DNA of 64,000 nt, taken from IMG/VR virus record IMGVR_UViG_3300037468_000183, positions 40,081 to 104,080 of that record; one strand, written 5' to 3'. The notes under the pieces are model-generated. The model saw only the letters and a list, made by a program, of their open reading frames with translations, ran no database searches and was not told the DNA's origin. Made by a program: the position numbers and the translations under genes. Of the stretch, positions 46,384 through 55,591 are shown piece by piece; positions within the stretch are counted from its first letter, which is position 1, and each line of letters begins with the position of its first letter. The stretch is from a virus.

Positions 46384-47534
46384 TGTCCGTCATCTATCGG
46401 CAGCCGTATCTGCTCGTGACGGTCAACGGCACACCGTTGACGAACGTCCTGAGCGCGGCAGTGCAGGCCAGTCTCACGGCGCGCATCGCCTCGGCCACGG
46501 TCGAGGTGACCAGCTTGCCGGTCGGCTTGTTGCCCTGGGACGCGGTTGTTATCACGATGGGCGCGACACAAGCCACGGCTGCCGTGCGCTTCACCGGTTA
46601 TTTCGTCTCGCAGTCCGGCGTGCTATACCCGAAAGGCGCGACGCTCAGTTGCTCCGGCAAGTTGATTCTGGCCGAGCAGTACGAGAATGCCGTACAGATC
46701 GACCTATCCAGTGCCGGTGTGGGCGCGACAGACGAAGTGCTCATCAGCACGGTGCTGTACTATTGCGGCTTGTCCGGCGCGTGGACGCCAGCCGATGCGC
46801 CAACGGCTATGACCGGCATCGGCGGCACCGGCAAGACGCTCGGCACGGTTGCCAAAGACCGGGCCTTCTCATGGTTCGCAGGTGCGTCCGGCATCGCCTT
46901 CATCGACATGCTGGATGGCGTCTGCCTGGGCTATCGCACCTATGACACATTCGACGGCACGATCCGGCGCACGCAGATCACGACAATTCCCGCTGTCTCT
47001 GCGGTCGCGACCTTCACCGAGCATGTGGACATCAGCGCGGCGACCGAATCCACGACGATCCTGGGCGCCAGCAACAAAGTTGTGGTTACCGGATTTCCGG
47101 GGATGCAGAGTAACGCGCCGACGACCTACACGGCGACGGCGGGCAATCCGTTCTTGCTCTGGGACATCACCAGCAATCTCGGCTCGGCCACCATCGAGAA
47201 GCAGAACATTGCGAGTGCCGGAAATGGTTTGAGTTGCGAGGAAGTGGCGCTGTGGCTGTTGGCTGAGCGCAATCGCTACAAAGAGTCCATCGCGCTGACA
47301 ACGCCGCGCGATGACGTAATAGAGCCCGGCGACACGCTTGCCGTCGCCGCGCCCACGCGCCTGGGCCTGACGTTGCGCCGCATGTGGGTCGAGAGCGTAA
47401 GCGTCAGCATCGATAACGCGGGTGCGTTCAGTCAAGCCTTCACCTGTCTCGCTGCGGTGCCGGTGACGCTGCTGATGGAGAACGGCGATTTCGTGTTGAC
47501 TGAGGATGGACTTTACATCCTGGAGAGTGAGTGA
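46383..47534 (+). CDS. Baseplate hub / Tal-like protein
   Basis: RFTGY, NKVVVTG, IEPGDTL, WVESVS; C-terminal LLMENGDFVLTEDG. Confidence 0.65.
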   Translation: MSVIYRQPYLLVTVNGTPLTNVLSAAVQASLTARIASATVEVTSLPVGLLPWDAVVITMGATQATAAVRFTGYFVSQSGVLYPKGATLSCSGKLILAEQYENAVQIDLSSAGVGATDEVLISTVLYYCGLSGAWTPADAPTAMTGIGGTGKTLGTVAKDRAFSWFAGASGIAFIDMLDGVCLGYRTYDTFDGTIRRTQITTIPAVSAVATFTEHVDISAATESTTILGASNKVVVTGFPGMQSNAPTTYTATAGNPFLLWDITSNLGSATIEKQNIASAGNGLSCEEVALWLLAERNRYKESIALTTPRDDVIEPGDTLAVAAPTRLGLTLRRMWVESVSVSIDNAGAFSQAFTCLAAVPVTLLMENGDFVLTEDGLYILESE

Positions 47535-48166
47535 TGGCGAATGCCAAATTAACCGCGCTGCCGGCTGACACGTCGCTTGCCAGCACGGACATTCTATATG
47601 TCGTGATCGATCCGCTGACTACTCCGGTCAGCAAACAAGCGACGATTGCGACGGTAGTGAGTGCGGCGGGCGCGATTGCCGTGACGACTGTCACCGCGAG
47701 CGGACTGTTGACAGGCGGCAATATCACAACCGCAGGCACCATCGGCGCGGCGGCGATTACGTCAAGTGCGTTACTGACAGGGGCCAACATTACCACCGCA
47801 GGCACGATTGGGGCCGCGGCGATCACTTCCAGCGCCTTGCTGACGGGTGCCAATATCTCGACGGCTGGCACGGTTGGGGCCGGCGCGATTACGTCCAGCG
47901 CCTTGTTGACAGCAGCCAACATCTCGACGGCCGGCACCATCGGCGCGGCCAGTCTGACGGCCAGCGGTAACATTGCGCTTACAGGCGGCACGCTGACGCT
48001 CGGCACCATCGTAGTCGCCAGAGGCACCAATTCGCCCGCGCTCGGCACCTGGAATGCGGGGGATATCCTGTTCAACAGCATCCCAGCGGTGGGCACGGTC
48101 ACGGGCTGGATTTGCACGGTCGGTGGCACGGCGGGCGGCACCTGGCTGGGGTTCGGTACACTATGA
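47534..48166 (+). CDS. Short tail fibre-like protein with 20-aa repeats
   Basis: AITSSALLTGANITTAGTIG repeats; C-terminal GWICT..GTW.GFG. Confidence 0.65.
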   Translation: MANAKLTALPADTSLASTDILYVVIDPLTTPVSKQATIATVVSAAGAIAVTTVTASGLLTGGNITTAGTIGAAAITSSALLTGANITTAGTIGAAAITSSALLTGANISTAGTVGAGAITSSALLTAANISTAGTIGAASLTASGNIALTGGTLTLGTIVVARGTNSPALGTWNAGDILFNSIPAVGTVTGWICTVGGTAGGTWLGFGTL

Positions 48167-48741
48167 TTCCGCAACCACCTGTCCCGATCCCGACTCCGCA
48201 GAAGTACGATCCGACAGCAGACACGCTCACCTATACCCTGTTGCTGTGGTCACACATCAATAAGTTGCGGGGCAAATTCGGCCTGCATCACACAACGCAC
48301 GAGCCGAGCGGGATGGATGCGATTCAGATGCCGCTCGGTGGGCTGGTGGACGTGGCGCTAGGGTCTACAATCGCAGATGGCGCGGCGTTGGTCTACAATC
48401 TGGCGGGCACGGCTTGGGGTGCAGGCACAGCCGCGACGACTAGCTTCGGTCAAGCCTTCTTCATGGCCGCAGGCACCATCATACCTGGCGGAGCGCCGGG
48501 GCCTACGAATTTAAGCGCGGCGTCTCTGACGATCACGCGCGTGCTGGTGCAGGCAGATGCTGAGGTGGTCGGTGACGTGACGGCGGGCGGCGGGTTTTCA
48601 TTTGGCTCAGGCGGTGGTTCAGACGATAGCGTTGGCTTGACTTACGAGTGGCCGAGCGGGGGCAGCCTGGCTATCCAGGTAACTTCAGTTGGGACGCCAG
48701 CGCCATCGTATCTGACCGCCGATGTGTACTTCACGAGGTAG
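48163..48741 (+). CDS. Tail fibre-associated protein
   Basis: HHTTHEPSGMDAI, LGGLVDV...DGAALVYN motifs typical of fibre proteins. Confidence 0.55.
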   Translation: MIPQPPVPIPTPQKYDPTADTLTYTLLLWSHINKLRGKFGLHHTTHEPSGMDAIQMPLGGLVDVALGSTIADGAALVYNLAGTAWGAGTAATTSFGQAFFMAAGTIIPGGAPGPTNLSAASLTITRVLVQADAEVVGDVTAGGGFSFGSGGGSDDSVGLTYEWPSGGSLAIQVTSVGTPAPSYLTADVYFTR

Positions 48742-48743
48742 CG

Positions 48744-49823
48744 ATGCCGTGGCAGATTGATGACGTAGACGCAACGCTTTCGTATGCCATTTATGGCGGC
48801 TTTGATTCCAGCGGCAATCCGCATATTGGCTATAACGCCAACGGAACTCTGAAGCACGCCTGGCGAGTTAGCGGAGTGTGGTATACGGAAACGCTTGGGA
48901 CGACGCCTATGTATCTTGGCGGTTCTGATTTTGGCTTTGCGATTCGCGACGATGTGATGCACGCAGTGTGGCTGTGGTATGACGGGCTTCGTGTGCCTGG
49001 CGGGCCTAACACCAACTGTCGCATTACGCACGTGACGGCAACAGTGGGCGGGAGTTGGACAACGACAACGCATAACATGCCGGACTACGGCGCGTATGCG
49101 GGCACGTGTCAGGTGGCGATTGACTCTACTGGTGCGTACCACGTTTTTTGGGTGGGTTGGTACAGCGATCTGCCAGGGCGCGCGATTTACGTTCCTGGGT
49201 CGAGTTGGACACCGAGCATTGTCTATGAGAACGCTCGGCAGGTAGGATACGCGCGCCCGCACGCCTTTTTTTGTGATTCGAATGACGATTTACACGCGGT
49301 TTGGTGGGCGAAAGGTGCAATTGGCGATACTGAGCACGCATATTACTGGGGCGGTGGCAGTGTGCAAGATGTGATCGCAGTTCCCACGGAAGAAGCGTAC
49401 TGGAATAGCGCGGAACCTGGCCCGGTGGCTGCTAATGCCGATGGCGATGTTAAGATTGTGAACCTTATTTATGTCGGGGATGCAGGAATCGCGACGGGGC
49501 AATTTGTGAACGGCCCTGGCGGAGCTATTGAAAGTTGGAGTGCGGAAAGCTACGCCGACCTGCTGCCGGTTGATGATGTGTGGTGGGCGGTTGACGCGCC
49601 TTACTATGCAGCTACGCTTACGTTCAAGACGCGCAGCGTAGGCGGAGTCTGGAGCCGTCAGACGGTAACGAACATGGCGGGCGAGAATGGCTATTGGGGC
49701 TGCGCGTTGTTGCGGTCGCCTACAGGTTGGCCGGGCATCGCTTACGGTGATGACAGCGGGCTGCATTTCGCCGGGCGGCTGCCGGCTATGGATGGCCGCT
49801 GGACGATGATGGCGTTGCTGTGA
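48744..49823 (+). CDS. Beta-propeller-like tail/receptor-binding protein
   Basis: Repeated DSxGxxHIxY / DxxDxLHAVW blades. Confidence 0.6.
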   Translation: MPWQIDDVDATLSYAIYGGFDSSGNPHIGYNANGTLKHAWRVSGVWYTETLGTTPMYLGGSDFGFAIRDDVMHAVWLWYDGLRVPGGPNTNCRITHVTATVGGSWTTTTHNMPDYGAYAGTCQVAIDSTGAYHVFWVGWYSDLPGRAIYVPGSSWTPSIVYENARQVGYARPHAFFCDSNDDLHAVWWAKGAIGDTEHAYYWGGGSVQDVIAVPTEEAYWNSAEPGPVAANADGDVKIVNLIYVGDAGIATGQFVNGPGGAIESWSAESYADLLPVDDVWWAVDAPYYAATLTFKTRSVGGVWSRQTVTNMAGENGYWGCALLRSPTGWPGIAYGDDSGLHFAGRLPAMDGRWTMMALL

Positions 49824-49857
49824 CGGACGCGGACGCGCGGGGTGCGGGAGGTGTAAC

Positions 49858-50919
49858 ATCGCAACAATAGTTGCAGACAGTAGCGGGAATTGGAGCGCGA
49901 CAGGCACCTGGACGGGCGACACCAAACCCGGCGTCGGTGACACGGCGCAGACCGGCGCGTACACCGTCACCATTGATGAGAATGTGACCTGCACGCAGAT
50001 CGAAGCCACGTCGAGCGGGCATTTCGAGGTCACGACGGGCGGCATCACGATCAATGCGAATTTCGTCATGGCGTCCAGCTATGCGACCAACGGCGGCCTG
50101 CGCTGCACACACACCACCGGCACGGTCACGCTAAACGGCACGATCTCAGGTACGTCCGGCACTGTGGCAGTCGGCAATGGCGCAGCGGGCACGCTTACGG
50201 TGGTTGGCGCAACGGTCACCGCGCCGCCAACCAGTTCTTCCATAGGCATCAACAACGCCTCGACGGGCACCGTAAATGTCACCGCCGACGTTTACGGCGG
50301 CTCAAATAATAGCTCTCTTGGACTCAGATGCGCCGGCAACGGCAATGTCAACATCACCGGCAACGCCTTTGGCGGCGGCGGTTTTATTGCAATTGGCGTA
50401 CAACAGCATGGCACCGGTACCGTGGCGATCAGCGGCAATGCTACGGCAGGCGCGGGCATCGGCGCGTGCGGCTGCCAAAATTTCGACAACACGGGCACCC
50501 TCACAGTTGGCGGCACGGCAACGGGCAGCGCGACGAGCGGAGCTTACGATACTTTCGGTGCATATAACTATGGCACCGGCACTCTCACAGTCGATCAAGC
50601 TGTAGCCGGCGCGCACAAAGATTCACCCGGTCTCTACGGCACCGAGAGCGGCGGCACGACGACCTACAAGCGCATCGGCTCGCAGGCCAACGGCAATAGC
50701 GCGCTTGGCGGCTTCTGCAAGATGGTGGTTGACGCGGACTACAATGTGATTGTCGTCAAAGACAGCGCGGGCAATGACGTGAGCATGAGCAACGACTATC
50801 CGGCAGTAACCGATGTCAAGGACGGCGTGATCTACAATCGCACGACGCTGGAAGGCACATTGGCGGCAGGTGGTCGGCCGGTGCGCATCGTGCCCCTCAT
50901 AGGAGCGTTAGGCAAATGA
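49858..50919 (+). CDS. G/T-rich beta-helix virion protein; apparent ATC start
   Basis: GGAGGTG RBS then in-frame ATC; SGNWS..GTW...P..GD...TVTID N-terminal motif; C-terminal P...DVKDGVIY. Confidence 0.7.
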   Translation: MATIVADSSGNWSATGTWTGDTKPGVGDTAQTGAYTVTIDENVTCTQIEATSSGHFEVTTGGITINANFVMASSYATNGGLRCTHTTGTVTLNGTISGTSGTVAVGNGAAGTLTVVGATVTAPPTSSSIGINNASTGTVNVTADVYGGSNNSSLGLRCAGNGNVNITGNAFGGGGFIAIGVQQHGTGTVAISGNATAGAGIGACGCQNFDNTGTLTVGGTATGSATSGAYDTFGAYNYGTGTLTVDQAVAGAHKDSPGLYGTESGGTTTYKRIGSQANGNSALGGFCKMVVDADYNVIVVKDSAGNDVSMSNDYPAVTDVKDGVIYNRTTLEGTLAAGGRPVRIVPLIGALGK

Positions 50920-53141
50920 CAGTCAAGAGCGCGCAGACATGGGCCGGGGTCGTGGCGGCATTGGGCGCAGCGGGCGGGACAGTGCCGCTGACAGGTGGCA
51001 CGGCGACGCTGTATGTCAATGGCACGGCTAACGCTGCGGCAGTGACGCTCGGCACGGTATACCCCTATTCCTGGTCGGTGACGTTGCCTGCATTGACAGC
51101 CGGCCAAGCCGTCAGCATGTATGTTGCGGGGACGGTTGAAACGACCTGGACAGCCGCCGTGGTGCGTGAGGATATGGCCGATACGGTTTATGTCAGCGAT
51201 CTGGCAACGGCGGCGGAACTGGCGAAGGTGCCTAAGTCCGACTCTAACGTAACCTGGAACGCGACCGCCCTGGCGTCGATCAACGCCGAAGTGGATACCG
51301 CACTGAACACGGCGATTCCGGGCAGCCCGACCGCTGACAGCATCAACGAGCGCGTAAAGGCCATTGACGATCTGACGCAGGCGAGCGGCGGCGGCGACTT
51401 GGCCGCGCTGCTTACGCGCATCGGCACGCCGGCCAACATCGACAGCGGCGGCGCCACCATTGCCGACAACCTCAAGAAGATCGCGGACGATAACGGCGGC
51501 GCTTCGTTCGACGCCACGGTGAGCAGCCTCAACAAGCTGTCAACGGCAGTCGTTACCGGCGTGGCGGCGACGCTGCAAGCCACCGCCAACACAGAGACCA
51601 CCGGCACGCTGATCAGCGGCACGTATGCCAGCACCTACCTGAGCAATGGCACCTCCTGGGTGACCGCGCCTGTCACGCCTGCCGTGGCCGAAGCGGGCAG
51701 TACCTTGTCGCCGTTCGGGTTGAATGTCAACCTGCTGTACACGGCCGGCGCAAGTCAGACCATCAACAGCGTCTCGATCCGGGGCAACTTCGCCGCGGGG
51801 CCGGGGCGTTACGTCAACGTCTACGCCTACAACTACATCACGACGACTTGGGACATGCTGAGTGATGTAGGCACGCGGCTCAATAACAGCACGACATTGA
51901 CTACCTACTCCTACACGCTGCTGTCATCGCATCAGAAAACGGACGTGGGCGGCGACGGCGTGGGCGCGATCCGCATCGGTTTCAAGTCGCCGTCTGTGAA
52001 CACCGGCGACCGGCTCAACGTCGATCTGTCCCTGGTCAACGTGGCGACCGCGGGCGCATCCGTGGCCGACATTGCCGACGCGGTGTATGCCAAACTCGCG
52101 ACTTCGGTCTACGGGCGGCAAGTTTGGATCGACACGGTAGACGGTACGGACGGCTACGTCATCGGCGTCAATGGCCTGGATCATACGCCGGTCAAGACCA
52201 TCGCCTGTGCCTATCAGTTGTGCGATGACCTGGGGCTGAAGACCATCGCCTTTAAATCGGGCAGCAACGTCACAGCGGTCACGCTGACGCGTTCGGCGCA
52301 GGGCTGGCGCTTCTACGGGCCGGGCAAGATCGCACTGAACGGGCAGAGCATCGCCGATGCAAAGTTCGAGGAATGTTATTCCGTCTACGGAACGAGCACC
52401 GGCGACGATGCTGATTTCTATCGTTGCCAGATCGGCAGCGGCGGGTTGACGCTAGATCACGCCTACATCACGGCGTGCCGCATCAAAGGCGCAATCACGC
52501 TGATTGCCAACGCCGATCCGATTATCTTCCACGACTGCATCGACGCGACCGGCTCGGGGGCCGACTTCGAGCTGATCTTCGTCGCCAACGCCACGGCCAT
52601 CGTGCGCAACTTCCAGGGCGCGTTGACGCTCAAGGACATGGCGGGCACTAACAGCATCGTGATTGACGGGGCCTGTCGTGTGACGATTGACGCCAGCAGC
52701 ACGGCGGGCGCGATCACGCTGCGCGGCTTTGCGGACTTGCCGAGCGGCGCGACCGGCAACACCTTCGGCGCGACCGGCACCATCGTGCAGACGGCGCGCT
52801 TTGCCACGGATAACACGATATCCGCCAACGTCGCCAGCATCAGCGGCGACAGCACGGCGGCGGATCGGCTCGAAGCCATCCTGGACGCCACGCCGACTGG
52901 AACCGTGGTAGACGACAACGACCCCGACCCGCTCGCGACGGCGTTCGAGACCAACCTGGCTGAGGCGAGCGACAACCACTATAACGGCGCGTTCCTGGTG
53001 TTCTACTCCGGCGCGCTGCTCGGCCAGTCGCGCAAAATCAGTGATTACGACGGCACGACGAAAGTCGTCACCGTCGCGAATGCTTTTACCGAAGCGCCCG
53101 GTGCGGGCGATCTCTTTATGATCCTGGGTAGGAGCGAATAG
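50916..53141 (+). CDS. Large virion/tail protein
   Basis: T/A/G-rich; C-terminal DNHYNG...GQSRKISDYDG...FTEAP. Confidence 0.65.
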   Translation: MTVKSAQTWAGVVAALGAAGGTVPLTGGTATLYVNGTANAAAVTLGTVYPYSWSVTLPALTAGQAVSMYVAGTVETTWTAAVVREDMADTVYVSDLATAAELAKVPKSDSNVTWNATALASINAEVDTALNTAIPGSPTADSINERVKAIDDLTQASGGGDLAALLTRIGTPANIDSGGATIADNLKKIADDNGGASFDATVSSLNKLSTAVVTGVAATLQATANTETTGTLISGTYASTYLSNGTSWVTAPVTPAVAEAGSTLSPFGLNVNLLYTAGASQTINSVSIRGNFAAGPGRYVNVYAYNYITTTWDMLSDVGTRLNNSTTLTTYSYTLLSSHQKTDVGGDGVGAIRIGFKSPSVNTGDRLNVDLSLVNVATAGASVADIADAVYAKLATSVYGRQVWIDTVDGTDGYVIGVNGLDHTPVKTIACAYQLCDDLGLKTIAFKSGSNVTAVTLTRSAQGWRFYGPGKIALNGQSIADAKFEECYSVYGTSTGDDADFYRCQIGSGGLTLDHAYITACRIKGAITLIANADPIIFHDCIDATGSGADFELIFVANATAIVRNFQGALTLKDMAGTNSIVIDGACRVTIDASSTAGAITLRGFADLPSGATGNTFGATGTIVQTARFATDNTISANVASISGDSTAADRLEAILDATPTGTVVDDNDPDPLATAFETNLAEASDNHYNGAFLVFYSGALLGQSRKISDYDGTTKVVTVANAFTEAPGAGDLFMILGRSE

Positions 53142-53143
53142 AC

Positions 53144-53596
53144 ATGGCAAGCAGAATTTATAATGAGGCGCTGCGCGCAATCGCAGCCGGGGAAATCGAC
53201 CTGAACGCCGCCGACATCCGGGCGAAACTGCTGATGACAGACACGACCGCAGACACGCAGAACGATGCGGTGGTTGTGGTTGCGGACATCACGACGCTGG
53301 ATTTGTGCGACGCAGGCAGCTACGCCGACATCGACATGGCATCGTTGGCGGTTAACAAAGACGACCCCAACGACCGGGCGGAGTTTGCCGCGGCAACGCT
53401 GGTATTCAGCGGCTTGACAACTGTCGCCACGCGCGATTATCAGGGCGTGCTGCTCTACGTTTGGGTGGACGGCAACCCGGCCAATGACAAGGTGATCGCG
53501 TTCATCGACTTCACGGCGGACATACCGAAAGCGGCGACGCAGGTCACGGTGCCATGGGACGCCGAGGGTATCATCCAATTCGCGCAAGCCGCCTGA
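53144..53596 (+). CDS. Tail-associated protein
   Basis: GEIDL....IRAKL...V.WDAEGI pattern. Confidence 0.65.
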   Translation: MASRIYNEALRAIAAGEIDLNAADIRAKLLMTDTTADTQNDAVVVVADITTLDLCDAGSYADIDMASLAVNKDDPNDRAEFAAATLVFSGLTTVATRDYQGVLLYVWVDGNPANDKVIAFIDFTADIPKAATQVTVPWDAEGIIQFAQAA

Positions 53597-53607
53597 CGGA
53601 GTAGTCC

Positions 53608-54621
53608 ATGCCGCTCTGGTGGTGGTGGTACGGTAAGCCCGCGGCTAATGAGCAGTCGGCGGCGGTAACGCCGCTGGCTGTGACGGTCTCGCTGCCTGCT
53701 GTCACTGCCACATATGCGGCTACGCTTACGGCCAGTGTTGCGCCGTTGGCGGTCACGGCCACCCTGCCAGCAGTCACGGCCACTTACGCCAGCGCATTGA
53801 CGGCGGCGGTCGTGCCTGTTGCAGTCACGGTCACGCTGCCTGCCGTTACAACGACCTTCCTGAGCGTGCAGGTTGCGAGCGTCGCACCGCTGGCTGTGAC
53901 GGTCACGCTGCCCGCCGTTACCGCCACGTATGCGAGCGTGCTAACTGCTGCGGTTGCGCCGGTCGCGGTTGCTGTAACGCTGCCGGCTGTCACCGCAACC
54001 TACGTCAGCGCGTTAACGGCCAGCGGCGCTCCCGTAGCGGTGACGGTCACGCTGCCAGCAGTCACGGCCACATACGCGGCGGCGCTCAGTGCGGCGGTTG
54101 CGCCGCTTACTGTGGCGGTGGCCCTACCCGCTGTCACGGCCAGCTATGTCAGCGCCTTGACAGCGGCGTTGGCGCCGCTGGTCGTCTACGTCAGTCTGCC
54201 AGCGGTCACGGCAAGCAGCGGTATCGTCCACATCGCCACGGTCGCGCCCGTTGTCGTGCAGGTCACCCTGCCGGCAGTTACGGCGACCTATCTGGCACTG
54301 CATAGCGCGGCAGTCGTGCCGCTGCAAGTGCGGATGACGCTGGTCAGCGTGACGGCGGTCGGCATCATACCCGCGCTGTACACGGCCGCCGTGACACCGC
54401 TGCAAGTGCTGATCACGCTGATCGCAGTGACGGCGCGCATCGGCCCACCGCCAGCCTGTCGCATTTTCGACGTGCTGGCGGAAGGTCGCATTTACGAGAT
54501 GGCGGCGGAGGATCGGGTGTTTAGTATGGCGGCTGAAGATCGGGTATTCGCGGTAGCAGCGGAGGATCGGATATTCGACGTGGCAGCGGAGGATCGCATC
54601 TACGAGGTGGAATGTGGGTGA
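53608..54621 (+). CDS. Ala/Val/Thr repeat fibre protein
   Basis: About 23-aa repeats VAPVAVTVTLPAVTATYASALTA; C-terminal (AAEDRxF)n. Confidence 0.7.
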   Translation: MPLWWWWYGKPAANEQSAAVTPLAVTVSLPAVTATYAATLTASVAPLAVTATLPAVTATYASALTAAVVPVAVTVTLPAVTTTFLSVQVASVAPLAVTVTLPAVTATYASVLTAAVAPVAVAVTLPAVTATYVSALTASGAPVAVTVTLPAVTATYAAALSAAVAPLTVAVALPAVTASYVSALTAALAPLVVYVSLPAVTASSGIVHIATVAPVVVQVTLPAVTATYLALHSAAVVPLQVRMTLVSVTAVGIIPALYTAAVTPLQVLITLIAVTARIGPPPACRIFDVLAEGRIYEMAAEDRVFSMAAEDRVFAVAAEDRIFDVAAEDRIYEVECG

Positions 54622-54907
54622 TAGCAAGGTTTTTACGAAAGACCCGGAAGCCATTCTTGACTACGGCATTGACTGGCACGCCAACGACTGGCTTGGCGTG
54701 GATACCATTGCGACGGGTGCGACCGGCTCGACATGGACGGTGCCGAGCGGTATCACGAAAGTCTCGGACAGCAAGACGACGACAACGACCACCATCTGGC
54801 TGTCAGGGGGCACGGCGGGTGAGACCTATGCCGTTAAGAATCACATCATCACGGCAGGCGGGCGCGCGGAGGACTGCACGCTGTCGATTGTGTGTGAGTC
54901 GAAGTAG
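54614..54907 (+). CDS. Fibre-tail adaptor protein
   Basis: KDPEAILDYGIDW...W.VP.G...WLSGGT.G..Y...N.I.T..GR. Confidence 0.75.
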   Translation: MGDSKVFTKDPEAILDYGIDWHANDWLGVDTIATGATGSTWTVPSGITKVSDSKTTTTTTIWLSGGTAGETYAVKNHIITAGGRAEDCTLSIVCESK

Positions 54908-54926
54908 GCGCTCACAAGGGGTTGCT

Positions 54927-55565
54927 ATGATCGGTAAATGGATAACTGGCACAGGCGGTCTGAATCTCGAAATCGTGCCTTACGAGACGCGCCCGGATGC
55001 CGCGCGTTGGCAGGGCGGGCCGGTGTATCGCGTCAAGGACATATTCTCGACGCGCAACGGCTCATGGGAAACCAGTACCGATTTTGGCGGCATCGACCAA
55101 TGGGCGAAGGATGCGTACTGGTCGGGTGCCAAGTTCGACGGGGCAGGCGGCGACCACAACTTTTTCATCCTGGCGCTGGATGAAGCGGGCCAGCCGATCC
55201 CCGGTAAGGGCCTGCTGTTCTGGCAAGGCGCAATGACCGCTGATTTCACTCCGAGCGACCCGCGCACGGCGAAACATGACGGCTCTGAGAATATCCCGGT
55301 ATTCGGCTCGTATGCGCCGGATCGCGACGAGCATGGTTCGTGGAGCGGCGCGGTACTGGGTAAGAGCGATGTGCTGATGGGCGTCGGGATGCCGTGGAAT
55401 CATCACGTCTCGACGTTCCTGGTGCTACAAGCGGTTGCTGATTCCCAGCCCCCGCCACGACCGCCCGAACCTCTACCGGATGCCGACTTCCAGAAGACCG
55501 TATTGGCGCATCTCGACGCCATTTATTTGCGGCTCGATGACATGGCGAAGCACTTGGGCGCATGA
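54927..55565 (+). CDS. Hypothetical protein with a Chloroflexota-like extracellular domain
   Basis: GGDHNFFILALDEAG.P..G and SDVL.G.GMP.NHHVS motifs; lies where a lysin usually sits. Confidence 0.55.
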   Translation: MIGKWITGTGGLNLEIVPYETRPDAARWQGGPVYRVKDIFSTRNGSWETSTDFGGIDQWAKDAYWSGAKFDGAGGDHNFFILALDEAGQPIPGKGLLFWQGAMTADFTPSDPRTAKHDGSENIPVFGSYAPDRDEHGSWSGAVLGKSDVLMGVGMPWNHHVSTFLVLQAVADSQPPPRPPEPLPDADFQKTVLAHLDAIYLRLDDMAKHLGA

Positions 55566-55591
55566 AAACATGTGAGGGGCGCGCTAAAATA

